In this document: in pieces, positions 63,475 to 64,000 of the stretch
Layout of the letters: every line of letters begins with the position of its first letter
Numbering within the stretch: position 1 is the first letter of the stretch
Source of the DNA: Selaginella moellendorffii
Lineage: Eukaryota; Plantae; Lycopodiophyta
Assembly: GCF_000143415.4 (NCBI RefSeq)
Contig: NW_003314357.1
Span: 319,811 to 383,810 of the forward strand
DNA: 64,000 bases
Reading direction: 5' to 3'
The notes under the pieces: generated by a model
Databases searched by the model: none
The model's input: only the letters and a program-made list of their open reading frames with translations
Told to the model about the DNA's origin: nothing
Translations under genes and position numbers: made by a program

Positions 63475-64000
63475 TGTAAGTGATTAATTTTTCCATTCTA
63501 CTTTAGTCACTTAACCACACCTCCAACCACTTGGAGGAGTCTCACTCACAACCTCTATAAGTCCTATTTCGGACTTGGGCTTGCTAGCCCCGAGAATGAC
63601 ATCCTCACCACTCAACTTTTGCACTTGGTCCAAGTGCTCCACGTGTCCGATCCCATGACCAACACCCCAAGGAACTACCGACATATCGGCTTGTTACGCT
63701 AAGGCCATGCCCATTCCCCTTGGTCACACCGGTGGTCTGACGCCACCTCCATCACAGTCCCGTCTCTCAAAGACTAGGCTATCCATTCATGAGCGATCAT
63801 CCCAGATCCACTCCTTAACATCTTTAGGATGCCCACAAACCTGAGAAATAGCCTTCCCCAATATCCCTTTTCCGGTCCCCACCAAGTCCCTTTCTGCTCG
63901 TGGCCTTGTTCGCCAACATTGCCATTGGGTCGAGGCCCACAGGCCCGACCACCAAGTCCCACGGTCCTCTGGGACTTCCTCACCACCCAACTGTATCCTT
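63475..64000 (-). mobile_element. Family-C LTR, partial, runs off the window
   Basis: Begins TGTAAGTGA and is the reverse complement of about 57400-57870. Confidence 0.8.

Overview
Eukaryotic land-plant nuclear DNA. The ~50-80 nt introns, intergenic spacers under 100 bp and PLS-class PPRs with inserted segments suggest a lycophyte such as Selaginella (inference). 1-20.7 kb is very gene-dense: 3' part of a UPL1/2-type HECT E3 ligase, a U1 snRNA gene with full promoter, an HMA-like gene, a REM-type B3 gene, a DUF4057-like gene, an ABI3-like gene, SPCS1, a PPR, an orphan papain-like ORF, a stand-alone PSRP-7-like double-S1 gene and an OTU pseudogene. 20.7-26.9 kb is AT-rich TE debris. 26.9-32.4 kb is a four-gene island (MAM33 family, TVP38/DedA family, CYP28 with a GC-AG intron, PPR). 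32.4-64 kb is a nested retroelement field: a decayed Gypsy, a TRIM family with 162-bp LTRs, Cassandra-like elements with 5S rRNA-derived LTRs, and a solo LTR hosting two opposed LTR elements whose swapped target-site duplications record an LTR-mediated inversion. All calls were read by eye with no database searches.
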